DNA of 64,000 bases, taken from the NCBI GenBank assembly GCA_024346625.1, contig AP024667.1, positions 62,001 through 126,000 of the forward strand. The letters run 5' to 3'. Position numbers and translations under genes: made by a program. The stretch comes from Williopsis jadinii (taxonomy: Eukaryota). The notes beneath the pieces were generated by a model. The model was not told the DNA's origin and made no database searches. It saw nothing but the letters and a program-made list of their open reading frames with translations. Each line of letters begins with the position of its first letter. Position 1 is the first letter of the stretch. Below are positions 11,716-24,719 of the stretch, one piece after another.

Positions 11716-14420
11716 ATGAAGTTTTACAATTCGCTTCTCATTGCTGCAAATATCATCGGCTTGTCATTGGGTACTGACGCACTCACTAGTCAGACCTGTT
11801 CTGAGGTTATAGAAGAATGTCCTGACTTGGACTTCACCTTCCACTCCAAGAACGTCAGGCTACCACTTGCTGATATCTCAATCTCTAAAGTTGTCTGGAC
11901 TGGTGGCGACACGTATGATGTCACAGTGAACTTCAAAGCTAAAGAGACTCTCATGGATATCAAGTACCTCACAGAATTGAAACTCCTTGTTGACGGAGGT
12001 GTTATATTCTCTAGAAATACAGGTGAGCGTTATATTTCTGATCCATCTGACTGGAGCTTTACTATTGCACTCAATTTGGTGCCTGATGAATATTGTCGCA
12101 TCAGGCCAAAAATTGACATTCAATACGACTGGTGTACTGCAGGTGTCATGACACTGGGTGATGATAAGGAGGCAACAATACCGGTCGAAGGTGCAACGGA
12201 AGCCTGTGCTGCATGGTCTCAAGTTTACGAAAAGTCCTATGACTACAGTCCAGGTTGTAACCACGACGCAGGTTCTTTAGTTAGTCAAAACGATTATTCG
12301 TACTACTACTGGAATCCATATTGTGGTCCAAGCACTGTGTGCAGCTCTTCGGCTACCGAGGAGACTACTGAGGAAACTACTGAGGAAACAACTGAGGAAA
12401 CAACTGAGGAAACAACTGAGGAAACAACTGAGGACCACTGAGGAGACCACTGAGGAAACCACTGAGGAAACTACTGAGGAGACCACCGAGGAGACTACTG
12501 AGGAGAACTGAGGACACCGAGGAGACCTCCGAGGAGACTACTGAGGAGACCGAGGAGACTACTGAAGAGACTACTGAGGAGACCACTGAGGAGACTACTG
12601 AGGAGACCACTGATGAGACTACTGAGGAAACCACCGAAGAGACTTCTGAGGAGACTTCTGAGGAAACCACTGAGGAGAACCACTGAGGAAACTACTGAGG
12701 AGAGACTACTGAGGAAACGACTGAGGAAACAACTGAGGAGACCTCCGAAGAGACTACTCCTGAGGAGAGACTTCCGAAGAGACCACTGAGGAGACTACTG
12801 AGGAGACTACTGAGGAAACCACCGAGGAGACTACTGAGGAGACTACTGAAGAGACTACTGAGGAAACAACTGAGAAGAGGACTTCTGAGGAGACTACTGA
12901 GGAGACTACTGAGGAAACCACTGAGGAGAGACTTCTGAGGAGACTACTGAGGAGACTACTGAGGAAACCACAGAGGAGACCACCGAGGAGACTACTCCGA
13001 GGAGAGACTACTGAGGAGACTACTGAGGAAACTTCTGAGGAAACCACTGAGGAAACAACCACCGAGGAGACCACTGAGGAGAGACTACTGAGGAGACTAC
13101 TGAGGAAACCAAGACCACCGAGGAGAGACCACCGAGGAGACTACTGAGGAGACTACTGAGGAGACCACCGAGGAGACTTCTGAGGAATCCACAGAAGAAA
13201 CAACTTCAGCTGAAAGTTCTACAATTGAGTCGAGTACTGTCTCAACTACCACTTCTTCATCTGAAGGAACTACCACCTTGTCGCCTCCTGACTCCACTGT
13301 GAAGACAATTTCTAAATCATCGACTGAATCTACTACGACACTTGCTCCAGAGAGCACGCTGTCTTCAACCTCCATCTCTTCAACGTTGTCATGTGATGAA
13401 TTCACTGAGATTGTTACTTCAAAGACCATCACAACTACTATCCCAGAGTATGATGAGAAGAGTACCATTACTGCCTGGACAGAAATCTGTTCAACAGTTG
13501 TTCTTACTAGAACTGAATGTGTCACTACCTCTGAATCTTCTCAATCTGAAATTACCACATTGACCAATATCGAGACCTATTCTACCACTGTTCCAGTGAC
13601 AGTCACAGAGACCATCTGCAGCACTGATACGAATGGTGTTTCCAGTTACAGCACTGTCACCAAGACTAAGCTTTCTACCACTGTGTCCACTATTGAAGAA
13701 TGCTCGACTGTCAACACAATAGTTTCTACTGCTTCCGGATCTGTGATCACCAAATTCATTACAGCTTCAGTTGAATGTCATCCAGAGGTCGAGGTTACAA
13801 CTACTGAAACACCAGAATCAACCACTGTTACAAAATGTGTAACGGATGAGAATGGTTCCACTTACACTATTACTGTAACTGAGCCATGCTCTTCAACTGC
13901 TGCCCCTGTTCCTTCAACCTCTGTCACGACTACTGTCACTACCGGTGGAGCAAAAGGAACCACAGTTTATGTTACTACTATCACAAGTGAAGCAACTGCT
14001 GGTAAATCTGCTACTATTTCCACTTATGTCTTGACAGTCACTGGCTTGAATGGCTCTTCGACAGTCGTTACTGCAGCTGAAGTCCCATCTTCTGGTGCCC
14101 AAACTTCAACAGGTACTGAGGTTATGTCTAAGGGTACCACTGTTACTGAAAATGGAACTGGTGTTCAGACTGTAACTATCGAGACTCAATCTGTCAGCAC
14201 ACCAGTTACAGTTGCCACTTCAGGTGAAACATCTGTCTCCACTCGCTCTTCCAGCACACCAGTCACAGTTGCCACTTCAGGTGAAACATCTGTCTGTCTC
14301 CACTCACAGTCTTCAGGTGTGCTCCACTCAATCGTTGAGGTTTCCAACATTGGTTCTCATTTGAGGTCGGATATCGGTCTCTTGATGATGACCGGTCTTG
14401 CTGGTTTGTTGTTCATTTAA
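11716..14420 (+). CDS. Flo11-domain GPI-anchored adhesin/flocculin (reading frame broken within the repeat tract)
   Basis: Signal peptide MKFYNSLLIAANIIGLSLG, then a Flo11-type domain (CPDLDF.., VVWTGGDTYDVTVNF, DIKYLTELKL, IQYDWC). EETT repeats, a Ser/Thr stalk with Cys-containing flocculin-type repeats and a hydrophobic C-terminal GPI signal follow. Confidence 0.85.
12355..13200 (+). repeat. Coding minisatellite, 12-bp unit GAGGAGACTACT-like (EETT), roughly 70 units with several indels
   Basis: Directly visible tandem array with synonymous variants (GAA/GAG, ACT/ACC/ACA) and partial units. Confidence 0.95.
14195..14295 (+). repeat. Two-copy 57-bp-period repeat in the adhesin stalk (STPVTVATSGETSV)
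   Basis: CAGCACACCAGTyACAGTTGCCACTTCAGGTGAAACATCTGTCT at 14195 and 14252. Confidence 0.85.
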
Positions 14421-15656
14421 TGGGCGAGATTACGAGCTCGCTTCTTTGATTTTTCTCCTCAACAGAGACTTGTTTACGCTTCTGTCTTGTCTAATGTTGG
14501 GTCACTTAACCATTCGATTCTTACGTTCTAGAAATCGATCATTTACGCCATTCTCAGGGGGAGGTGTGGGAAATTGATATCACCTACTTCCCACCTAAAG
14601 CACTGTCTGCCAGGGCTTTTCTATTTCGTTGGCGCAAGATCAAACTGTCTTATCACAGCTGGTCAGGGCCTTGTGGTGACAATATGCCTAACCACTGTCA
14701 ACTTATCTTCGCTCTTATATATCCCTTTGAATATTATTTATCCATTATTAAACACTTGACGGGTAAATGTCGTGTATACAGTCGTAATAACTTTATGCTA
14801 GAGGATGTTGAATACTCCCCAACCATAAATGCATTGCTAGCTCATCTATACAGAGAACAGCATTGACTAAGGACCTTGCTGATGACGTCGCACTTTCAAT
14901 ATCCTTCCGGCCATATACCTTGTCGCTTTGATCCATTTCACACCGAGAAGCCATAAATTCCAGCACAAGCTAACTGTTTAGTAGTCATGTCACAACACCA
15001 ACAGGTATCTGGTTGCCAATATGTAATCTTGTACGATATGTAGAGTCCTGATTAGCATATTAGCCATTATCTTCTGTTTTTACATATTATTAATGTATAT
15101 CTGCGAGATATACACGCTAATTTGTTATTTATTACTAATAACTCAGTCGGTCAAGTAATTAAATATTGAAATAATGGTTGACACTGTTTTATGTCATAAT
15201 TTCTGACACGCCAACGTTGAGACCATGTTCTTTTAAGGAGATGTCACCAATTTATACGCGTCTTTAACACTACACCACAAACTTTTCGTAGTCTGGTAAG
15301 ACCACCTATTCCACCTAGTTTTAACCATTGATTTAATAGATATTGCCCCAATGTATACGAGTAAAATCTCAGAGTGAAGCGCTTCCAATAGAGTCTTCCG
15401 CTAAAATGTGTCATATTAAACCCGGACACCAAACATTCCTAGCACCACGGTCCTGCTGCTTACCTCATCAACTAGACGGGCAGGCACGCCGTTGACCTCG
15501 GAAACAGCCGCCAGTGAACAGAGCACAATGTGCACAATGCCAGTATCACCACACAGACTGAAATCCTATGACATCCCACAGTTATTGCTTTATAATGAAT
15601 ATTTCATTGTAAATAACCCGTAAACCACTGCTGACAGCTTCGAGTTCGCGACAGTG

Positions 15657-15684
15657 TTTTTTTTTTTTTTTTTTTTTTTTTTTT
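15657..15684. repeat. Poly(dT) tract in the SUA5 promoter, followed by PAC-like GCTCATCG
   Basis: Uninterrupted T run; GCTCATCG at ~15710. Confidence 0.8.
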
Positions 15685-15748
15685 CTGGGAGCGATGTACG
15701 GAAGCAAAAGCTCATCGTTGAACTGTCAGTAGATGACACTCATCTTAC

Positions 15749-16896
15749 ATGCTGAAGCCGTCAATATCACAGCTACGGCGACAAATCTCCCCCATCAGCA
15801 GAAATATGTCAAAGGCAGTATATCACACAGAGATTCTGAAGGTTGATCCAGCGTCGATAGCTTTCACAGGCGACTCGCTGTCGATCTCAGACCCACAGAC
15901 CGAGACGTCACTAAAGAGGGCCGCAAGCATCATCTCCTCCTCTTCTGAGGTTGTTGCCTTCCCCACAGAGACGGTATATGGGCTAGGAGGCAATGCGTTT
16001 GATGATGATTCTGTTAGGAACATATACGGGCGAAGAACCGGCCAGCAGATAACCCGTTGATCTCCCACATATCCTCGGTCTCACAGGTTAAGCAGTTCTT
16101 TGGCATAGACCTTCCGAAGATATACGAACCCCTGGTGGAGAGCTTTTGGCCCGGGCCTCTTACCATTCTGCTGCCGATTACTGCAGATTCAAAGCTCTCC
16201 AAATTGACAACCGCAGGACAAGATACCGTTGCTGTGAGACTGCCTTCGCATCCAGTTGCACGGGCCTTGATTCATTTGTCAAACGTCCCCATCGCAGCTC
16301 CTTCAGCTAATGCATCCACAAGGCCTTCTCCTACTTTGGCAGAACACGTGTATCATGACTTGAATGGCAAAATACCCTTGATACTCGATGGAGGGTCTGC
16401 CAGAGTTGGTGTGGAGTCCACAGTGGTTGATGGAATCAGCAACCCACCTATGCTGTTGAGACCTGGAGGTGTCAGTTTAGAGCAGATCAAATCAGTCGGA
16501 GGCGATGCCTGGAAGGATGTTAGAGTCGCCAAGAGGGTGGCTGATGCTGACGAACCCGTGAAGACCCCAGGGATGAAGTACAAGCACTATTCACCAACTG
16601 CAAGAGTCATCTTGGTTGAGAAAGAGGAAGCCATATTGAATTACATTGCGTCACATGACCTGTCACGTGATAAGATTGCACTTCTTACTACACAGAGCTT
16701 CACAGGATCACAATTCCCGGGGATTGTTGAATCCATGGGCTCTAGCAAAGAAGAGGTCTCCCGTAACCTCTTCAAGTGTCTCAGGGATATGGATGAAAGA
16801 CGAGTGGATTATATTTTCGTTGAGGCTGTTGATGAAACAGATCAAGGATTGGCGATTATGAACAGGCTCAAGAAGGCAGCCTCTGAAACCATATGA
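15749..16896 (+). CDS. SUA5: Threonylcarbamoyl-AMP synthase Sua5 (1-bp frameshift at ~16027-16030)
   Basis: VAFPTETVYGLG in one frame; AKNRPADNPLI, FWPGPLT, APSAN.S.RPSPT and PGMKYKHYSP in the next. One added base joins them. Confidence 0.92.
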
Positions 16897-17111
16897 TGCA
16901 AACTAATGAGTCTACGCCAGTAGTTAAGACATATCGTATTATTCTTTTCACCAAAGCCAATGCATCAAGGAGCCATTGTGCTTTGGCAACCAAGCCCAAC
17001 ATGCGAGAAATAGTGTTCCCATTAATATATAATAATAGTAGTAATAGTTGTATCTTTCATGTTTCCATGTTTGACGGCCTTTCGTGCTCTCCACTTTATC
17101 TATGTGACTTA

Positions 17112-19859
17112 TTATACGATGGAGTTGAAAGTAGTACGTTGTTGTTGCTTCGTGAAGTACTTTCTGCATTCGTCAAAGATGAAGACAGAACTTGAAACAA
17201 CGCTTAAGAATACCAGGTCCCCCAGTGATAAAGCCTCAGTCTGGAAGATGCTTTGGAAGAATGGAACGTATATGGCACACAGCTGTCCAGCAAGAGACCC
17301 CAAGACGGCAAAGTTGAACATCTGGTTGCTGAATCCAATCTCAAACACAGATTTGGTTGCATGACGGCAACTCAAAGCGTTGAACATATCAAAGAGAACA
17401 AAACATGTAAACGTCATGGTGGTGTCTCTATGTGTGATTTGATTGTCCTCCATCTCTCTGACGTAAACGAAAATGGTTCCAGCAATGACAAACAGAGCAT
17501 TCATTAACAATCTTCTCAAGACAGCCTCGGTAAGAATCTTTGCGCCTCTTTGTCTAGGTGGCTTGTTCATCACTTCACTGTCAACAGGTTCAACACCGAG
17601 CGATTGAGCTGGAGGACCATCCATCAAGATGTTAATCCAAAGAATCTGCATGGCATTTAGAGGATTCGGCAACTTCAAGAACGTGGCAAATGCGATCAAG
17701 GAAAGAGCAGCGACAGAGGTGGACAATTGGAAGGTTAGGAAGTTTTGAATGTTGTTGAAAATACCCTTTCCTTCTTCAATAGCACTAAGAATAGTAGAGA
17801 AGTCATCATCAGTTAAAACCATATCAGCAGCTTCCTTGGCAACATCTGTACCCATTTTACCCATGGCAATACCGATATCAGCCAGTTTTAAGGCAGGTGC
17901 ATCGTTGACACCATCACCAGTCATAGCAACAACATCACCACGTCTTTGCAAAGCACGAACGATCTGAACCTTGTGTTCTGGTGTTGTTCTAGCAAACACA
18001 CAGACAGATGAGATGACCTCTGCCAAGCTTGCTTCATCCATCTCATCAAGCTTATCACCACTGATGACGTTTCTACTGACGTCTGTAATTGGCATACCGA
18101 TTTCTCTGGCAATTTCAACAGCAGTCGCCTCAGCATCACCAGTGATCATAATGACATGGACACCACCTTTCATTAACTTGGCAATTGCCCCTTTAACGGT
18201 TGGTCTTGGTGGATCCTTCATACCAATCAATCCGACAAAGGTGAGACCAGAAGGTTCATCGTCGAAATCCTTGTTGTTATATCCAAACGCGAGAACACGA
18301 AGACCATGGGAGGCCATCTTGTCTGCAGCAGTTAAGATCTTCTTTCTAGTCGATTCATTAAGCGTCTCGGTTTTACCATCACGCGTCAAATAGCTTGTTG
18401 ATCTTGCCAAAACTTTCTCCACAGCACCCTTCACATAGGTTGAAGACTTGGATTTATCACCCAAGTGAACAGTAACAGCCATGTACTTTTTGGTCGATGA
18501 GAATGGAACTTCCTTAGTTCTCGACCTTGATGATCTCATATCCTCCATCTTGAACTCTGGCAAGACTTCCAACAGGGCAATATCGGTTGGATTGCCGATA
18601 AATTTAGCACCTTCTTGTGAATATTTGGCATTGTTACAGATGCTAGCAGCCTCCAAGGTCTGTTTAACATCGTCAGTCAGGTATTGCGTCAGGGTGGAAT
18701 GCGTATGCTTGGAGATGTCCAATACTTCAGTGTTCATATCAGTGGTCCACAGGTGCTTAACAGTCATATGGTTTTGGGTCAAAGTACCTGTTTTATCACT
18801 ACAGATCACGTTGACCGAGCCCAGAGTCTCCACGCTTGGAAGTCTTCTAACGATTGCCTTTTGACGGGCCATTCTAAGCACACCCAGGGCCAACGTGACC
18901 GTGACGATGATGGGCAAGCCTTCTGGAATGGCAGCGACTGCTAACGATACAGAGACTTGGAACATTTCTAACCACGAGCGTCCTTGGAAGACGCCGATGA
19001 TACAGATGAATCCAATCACGGCGAAGCTCACAATGGACAAGTCCTTGCCCAGCTTATCCATGGAGTTCTGCAGTGGAGTCTTTGGCTTCTCAATGTCACT
19101 CATCATCTCAAAGACAGCACCAAAGGCCGTGTCATGGCCCGTGGCAACCACCAACCCTGTTCCGTGGCCATCACGAACCAAAGTTCCCATATACGCAATA
19201 CAGTGACGCTCATTCAACGGGATGCCCAGCCCTTGAGGCTGAACCGCCTCTGTCAACTTGTGCACGGGCTCAGTCTCACCAGTCAGGTTCGACTCGTCAA
19301 CAGTCAGGTGGACCGCCTCCACCAATCTGATATCAGCAGGAATCCGATCTCCCACGGAGAAGTGAACCAAATCGCCTGGCACCAGCTGCGACGCCAGGAT
19401 GTTCTGCGTGGAGCCGTTTCTGATGAGGTGGGCCTCCGCAGGCACCAGCTTGTTCAACGCCTGTAACGACTGCTCAGACCTGTACTCCTGGACAAAGCCC
19501 ACTGAGACAACAATGAAGATGGCCAGCGTGATGGAGACGGAGTCGTCAATATTGCCCATGAGGAAGCTGATCACTGCTGAACCGATGAGCAGCAAAATCA
19601 GCGGGTCCTGGTAAAACGTCTCGAGGAATTTCCACAGCAGACTCTCCTCCTCCTCAGCACTCAGCTCGTTCATCCCGTGCAACCCTCTACGCTGTGTAAC
19701 ATCCTGCGATGAGCACAGCCCATTCACTGGATCCGTCCTCAACTGTGCCACGGTTTCCTCTATGCTCTTCGTACAGAACTCATACGAAGGGGAATTGTCA
19801 TGATGAGGCGAGACGCTTCTCTTCTGAAGCTCGACGGTGTCGAATGGATTATCAGACAT
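17112..19859 (-). CDS. PMR1: Golgi P-type Ca2+/Mn2+ ATPase
   Basis: [24 protein letters not shown] and [10 protein letters not shown] motifs; adjacent to SUA5 as in S. cerevisiae. Confidence 0.97.
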   Translation of the reverse strand: MSDNPFDTVELQKRSVSPHHDNSPSYEFCTKSIEETVAQLRTDPVNGLCSSQDVTQRRGLHGMNELSAEEEESLLWKFLETFYQDPLILLLIGSAVISFLMGNIDDSVSITLAIFIVVSVGFVQEYRSEQSLQALNKLVPAEAHLIRNGSTQNILASQLVPGDLVHFSVGDRIPADIRLVEAVHLTVDESNLTGETEPVHKLTEAVQPQGLGIPLNERHCIAYMGTLVRDGHGTGLVVATGHDTAFGAVFEMMSDIEKPKTPLQNSMDKLGKDLSIVSFAVIGFICIIGVFQGRSWLEMFQVSVSLAVAAIPEGLPIIVTVTLALGVLRMARQKAIVRRLPSVETLGSVNVICSDKTGTLTQNHMTVKHLWTTDMNTEVLDISKHTHSTLTQYLTDDVKQTLEAASICNNAKYSQEGAKFIGNPTDIALLEVLPEFKMEDMRSSRSRTKEVPFSSTKKYMAVTVHLGDKSKSSTYVKGAVEKVLARSTSYLTRDGKTETLNESTRKKILTAADKMASHGLRVLAFGYNNKDFDDEPSGLTFVGLIGMKDPPRPTVKGAIAKLMKGGVHVIMITGDAEATAVEIAREIGMPITDVSRNVISGDKLDEMDEASLAEVISSVCVFARTTPEHKVQIVRALQRRGDVVAMTGDGVNDAPALKLADIGIAMGKMGTDVAKEAADMVLTDDDFSTILSAIEEGKGIFNNIQNFLTFQLSTSVAALSLIAFATFLKLPNPLNAMQILWINILMDGPPAQSLGVEPVDSEVMNKPPRQRGAKILTEAVLRRLLMNALFVIAGTIFVYVREMEDNQITHRDTTMTFTCFVLFDMFNALSCRHATKSVFEIGFSNQMFNFAVLGSLAGQLCAIYVPFFQSIFQTEALSLGDLVFLSVVSSSVFIFDECRKYFTKQQQRTTFNSIV

Positions 19860-20670
19860 CCTCCACGAATCTGTCGTCTAGTTCTTGTCCTCAAGCCGCC
19901 GTTGTAGGAACGCTGTTTGTTGACCTGTGCGGTCGTTAACCGTAGCGCAAATTGTCGTGAAACGGGTCTTCGTGGTGTCCGGGTGTGTGTGTGTGCGTGC
20001 GCGCGACGGGGCCGTGGAAAGATGCCGAAAAAGGCACAAACCGCACGCGCAACACGGCCAGAAACAACGAAAAAGGCGACAACTGCGCCAAAATTGCAGC
20101 GCACGGGGAATAATTGCGGTGTTGCGTAGTGCCTGGGATGGGAAGGGACGGTCTGCTGCTTTGAGGACGCTGTATTCGCCAATGGGCAGAAACTTCATGG
20201 CAGAGTGTTTACCATGGATCTACGACCAGGTGCATGGCGTTGTCATTGTGCAAACACACGAGGGAAGCTTCGATTGGTGTTTCGCTGTCTGGGCCTGCAA
20301 AATGTGCTATGAAAGATCTCTTAGGGCGTTTTCTGTGATTCACTTTCTGCGGGTGTGTGCCAGTCGCGTTTTTCGTCTTTTTTCGTTGCTTTTTTCGTTT
20401 TTGTTTTTGTTTCCTCTTTTTCGCTTCGGCAGGCCCGATTTCGTTTATGGCAAGCGCAACTCCACGGGTTCATGCCCCTATTTCTCCCCCACCGTGGCAT
20501 ACAATGACCAGAGGAAAGAGACGGTGTGCAAGACAGGGTGCTGTGTCGGTAAATGCGACAAGTCCGATGCGGTTGGCGGTGCTGTACAACTTGCAGTGTA
20601 GGCCTCCAGTAAAGCCTGTGGGCTTTGGATCTTACAGTGGTGTAGTGGTGTAGGGGTGTAGCACTGTGGA

Positions 20671-20690
20671 GTCACGTGCAAGTCACGTGA
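20671..20690. promoter_or_regulatory. Tandem E-box (Cbf1-type GTCACGTG) pair
   Basis: GTCACGTG at 20671-20678 and GTCACGTGA at 20682-20690. Confidence 0.55.
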
Positions 20691-20946
20691 TACCACGACC
20701 CGCATAGCTTTACCGCATTGGGTATAAATACACGCCATCCTCGGTAATGGCATTCACAGCTCACCAGCAACGCCATACACTACGACAGCACGGTTCGTAT
20801 CGCCTCAATGCTACAAGGACCCACTATCTAAACATCTAGTGTACATTCCACGTGATTGGTTTCCCCTTTTGGTGATTCTCGATCGTGTATATAGAACAAC
20901 GGTTTAACCCCATTGTTATGCAATTAGGCTCCATAGCACTGTTACC

Positions 20947-23900
20947 TCACTTGGGTTGAACGTTATAACGCATACGGATACCCATTGCTGCGAGCTCAGA
21001 GTCCAGGTACTTGAGGACAAATGGTATAGCAACCGTGGTGGTATCGTTACCTCCGATAAACTTGTTACCCTGTCCATCTTCCCAAATATCAGACTCATCA
21101 ACATAGCTGGAAGAATGTTCGAACTTTGCCGAACAGTTACGACAACGGATGGTGGCTGCAGAGCCAATTCTAGGAACAGAGGTTTGCGTGGAGAGCAGGG
21201 ATCCACAGCCACGACAGATGGATGTTTGCGTGTAATCAGAACAGTTCAGAAGACGGTCCTGTAATAAGAAAGCGGTACCATGACCAATGAGGGCATCACG
21301 CTCCATCTCACCAACACGGATACCACCAGATCTCTTACGACCCTTAACAGGTTGCATCGTGAGCGAGTTGACAGGACCAGTGGAACGAACCTGGAACTTA
21401 TCGTTCACCATGTGACGCAATCTTTGGTAGTAGACAACACCAATGTAGATATCGCATCTCAGCTCTTCACCAGTAGCACCAGAGTACATAGGTTCATTAC
21501 CATGGTAGTTGTAACCAGCTTTACGCAATTGCTCACCGAAATAATCCGCTGGTGTATCGTTTTCACTGAACTTCCATGGTGTAGAATCGTGTGCAATACC
21601 ATGAAGGGCACCAGATTTACCTGCAAGCGATTCAACAAACATACCAATGGTCATACGAGATGGGAAGGCGTGAGGGTTGATAATGACATCAGGTTGAATA
21701 CCGGTCTCAGAGAATGGCATATCAACCTGTGGCCATTTTCTAGAACAAACACCTTTCTGTCCGTGTCTCGAGGAGAACTTATCACCAATCAATGGCGCAC
21801 GAGTGATTCTGTACTTGATGGTCAACTGTTGGAACTCTTGATCATTACCCTCATCACCAAGGAGTTTAACCTCCTCGATGTATGCACCTTCGGAAGAGTG
21901 GTACGTCTTAACCTTGGTCTTACCAATGGTTTCATCGTAGAAAGCGACAATTGGATCACCCTCTTCAACCCTACTACCAATCATTGGCAAACCATCGGTA
22001 TCCAAGATCTTTCTCCACTCCTTTGGCCACTCATCAGCACCGAAACCGATGTGCTGGGTGATAGGATCACCACGACGTCTGGATTGGCCGAGATCAACCT
22101 TTTCAACCTTGTACACTGTACCATAACCGAAACCTCTCTCATCAGCAGACTTGTTAATAATCATCGCATCATCCATATCGTAACCCGTATAAGAGATGAC
22201 AGCAACAACAGCGTTGGTACCGTTAGGGAAGTTATCCATACCGTACTCGTCGTACAGGTTAGCCTTGACAATAGGGGTTTGACCAGACTGCAATCTGTAT
22301 AACTTGTTGTCAGATCTGTGCACGAGAGCAACACCAGGGGTACCCATGGTTTGTTTACCCATTTGACATTGGTACATGTTTCTTGGAGATTGATTGAAAT
22401 CAGAGAATGGTGTCAAGTTAGCCAAGATGGACAGAATGTTTGTAGGGGTGAATTCAACATGCGAATGGACGTTATTTTCAATTTCTTCAGGTGTAACAGC
22501 AATGTTCATGTAAACTTGCTCGAAAGGACCGACAATGTCCTCTTTATCCAATGGTAGGTAACGAACAGGACGCATCATTCTGGAACGGCCACCAAAGATG
22601 AACAATCCTGGATACTGACCTTTACTTGATGGAGGAACGTAACCAATCTCCAAATCCAAAGGCAAGTTGTGGGTTCCTTCCACCTTCCAGAACCTGAGGG
22701 TATCAGCGATAACCTTTGATTGTTGGTGGGTGGTCCAGCCGACAATCTTACCGTCGAGTTGTACACAGCAGACGTCTGGACCAGCTGCGAACGTATGGCT
22801 GGTGACACACCAAGTGCTGAGAGAGCATCTGGGACACCTGAACGTCCGACTCTTCAGTTGAGATAGCACACTTGTGGGCAAAATGGTTTAGCAAACCACA
22901 TGGAGAACCATCCGGAGTATGGACAGGACAGAGGAAACCCCATGACTCTGGAAGTAATTTTCTCACAGTAGTCGTCTTCAACTGTGCAAAGAAAGAACCT
23001 CTATGGACCATTCTGAAATGCGAGATGAAACGGTAAAAGTTGATCTTTTCAGCAACGACGGTATAACCAGACACTTGTTGTAAATCCAAACCGGATTGTG
23101 AGACCAAGTTACCCGTGGATAAAAAGTATTGCAACTTCTGACCAATGTTTTCGTTGATTCTTGAGAACACCCTGGTGATGTACTTTCTATCGTTGAAGTT
23201 CACTGCAGTTCCACGGTTCAAGTCGGATTGGACCTGGAGTTTGAAGTTGTTGAGGTACTCTTCAATCTTCTCCTTGATGATCATACCGTACAGGAAACCT
23301 CCGAGAAGGACTTCTTGATGTTGTGTGGCATCTGGGTTGTCTGGGCACAGTCACCAGCGACGAGTGTGTAAAGCTTTCTAATCATGAAGAGGAGCATTCT
23401 GAACTTGTCTCTGTTGTCTTTCAAGTGGACAAGCACAATTCTCTGCAACACTTCTTTACCAACATCGACATCTGACACGTCAGGAGTTGCACCAAAGACA
23501 ACTCTGAACTTATCACCCAGGTACGCCAGAGTTTGTTTGTTAGAGCTCAACCCATAGGACTTGTAAGATCTCAAAAGCAATTCCAAACGATCCGTTAAGA
23601 ACGAGTTTTCAATGTCAGAACCAACGATACCGTCAAAGATCTCACGGTCGTTAGTCTCGATGAGGGCCTTCAAGATCATAACGACAGGAACAAGATATTC
23701 GTTCTTCCTCCATGAGAATCTGAACGTCACAGTACCATCGTTCAAGTAGTGCAAGACGTTTGTCTGAGAAGTTTGGTCTGGTCTCACACATCTGATTTGG
23801 ATACCAAATTGAGAGTAAGCCGCACCTCTGTTCGTGAAGGAAGGACGGATGATAGCCATTGGATGGTTACGACGTTGCACGATAAGCATACGGATAAGCT

Positions 23901-24453
23901 TCTCAATACCGTTCACGATGAAATAGCCACCCAATTCATCAGACTCTTCCTTGCGGTTGACGAGTTGATCAGGCGAGAGGCTCTCCAAGTGACATCTGTT
24001 GGTCTTGAGCATGATTGGCACCTGCCCAGCGTCTCTGATCTCACTGATTTCTTCACCGTCATTGACAGACCAGGACACCTTCAGCAGCAACTTACCTCTG
24101 TAACTGATCATTCTCTCCCTCGCCTCTGATGGCCAGATCTTCTTGTCGATGCTGAGCTTGTCATTAGGAGGAACTTGAGGCTTTGCAAGCTGGACAGACT
24201 CCACCCTGATTCTCAGCTTGTTGCCCAATCTCTCTGTATCGTTCGAGTCGAAGATGGTCTTGTAACCGATATCCTTGACTCCCAGGTTTAGCAGCCCACC
24301 GCCCGTGCCCTCAGTCAGCGCATTGAAAGAACCAACATGAGGTCTCACCGCTTCCTCCAAAAGAGGGAACGCGCTCTTGTCCTTTGGCGGGTTCTGGAAA
24401 CGTCTTTCACGCTCCAACGTCTTGAAGTCCGCAGTTCTGTATTGAACACCCAT
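20947..24453 (-). CDS. RPA135: RNA polymerase I second-largest subunit (frame broken at ~23343-23345, ~22841 and ~22796-22802)
   Basis: GYFIVNGIEK, RMVHRG, SWGFLCPVHTPDG.PCGL, GDKFSSRHGQKG and GEMERD are spread over three ORFs. Adding C, T and AGCC restores GDCAPDNPD and DVSGVPDALSALGVSPASHTFAAG. Confidence 0.95.
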
Positions 24454-24719
24454 AGCGTCGTCGACCAAGCTTGTGAACTGGACTGAACTGAGCTGATTGG
24501 AAGGTAAATGGATTCAAAACATAGAAACAAATAGAATCCTGGCGCATAGAAAATTTTTTTTAATCCGGTCGATATTACGTAAGCAGACCCAGGTCATCGG
24601 TTTGGGCCACGACCCTGCCAACATGTCCCGAGGAGGATTTTATATATACAAAAGCTCCTTTTACTTGTTCAACCACTTTAGGCTACGTGTTGTTCATCAT
24701 CATCATCCACTAGGGGGAA

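Noticed and set aside
12355..13200. CRISPR-like array
   Set aside because: Contiguous 12-bp coding units with no unique spacers, in a eukaryotic adhesin.
16020..16040. Programmed ribosomal frameshift in SUA5 (likewise RPA135, NCL1, LSM2)
   Set aside because: No slippery heptamer, and multiple similar deletions in neighbouring genes point to assembly error.
19760..20753. Overlapping ORFs of 70-224 aa upstream of PMR1
   Set aside because: Low-complexity, Cys/Arg/Phe-biased translations from GC-rich and T-tract promoter DNA; no recognisable domain.
21280..22302. 340-aa antisense ORF within RPA135, and similar shadow ORFs in PMR1, EMP65 and SPT15
   Set aside because: Antisense mirror of codon-biased conserved genes; no independent features.
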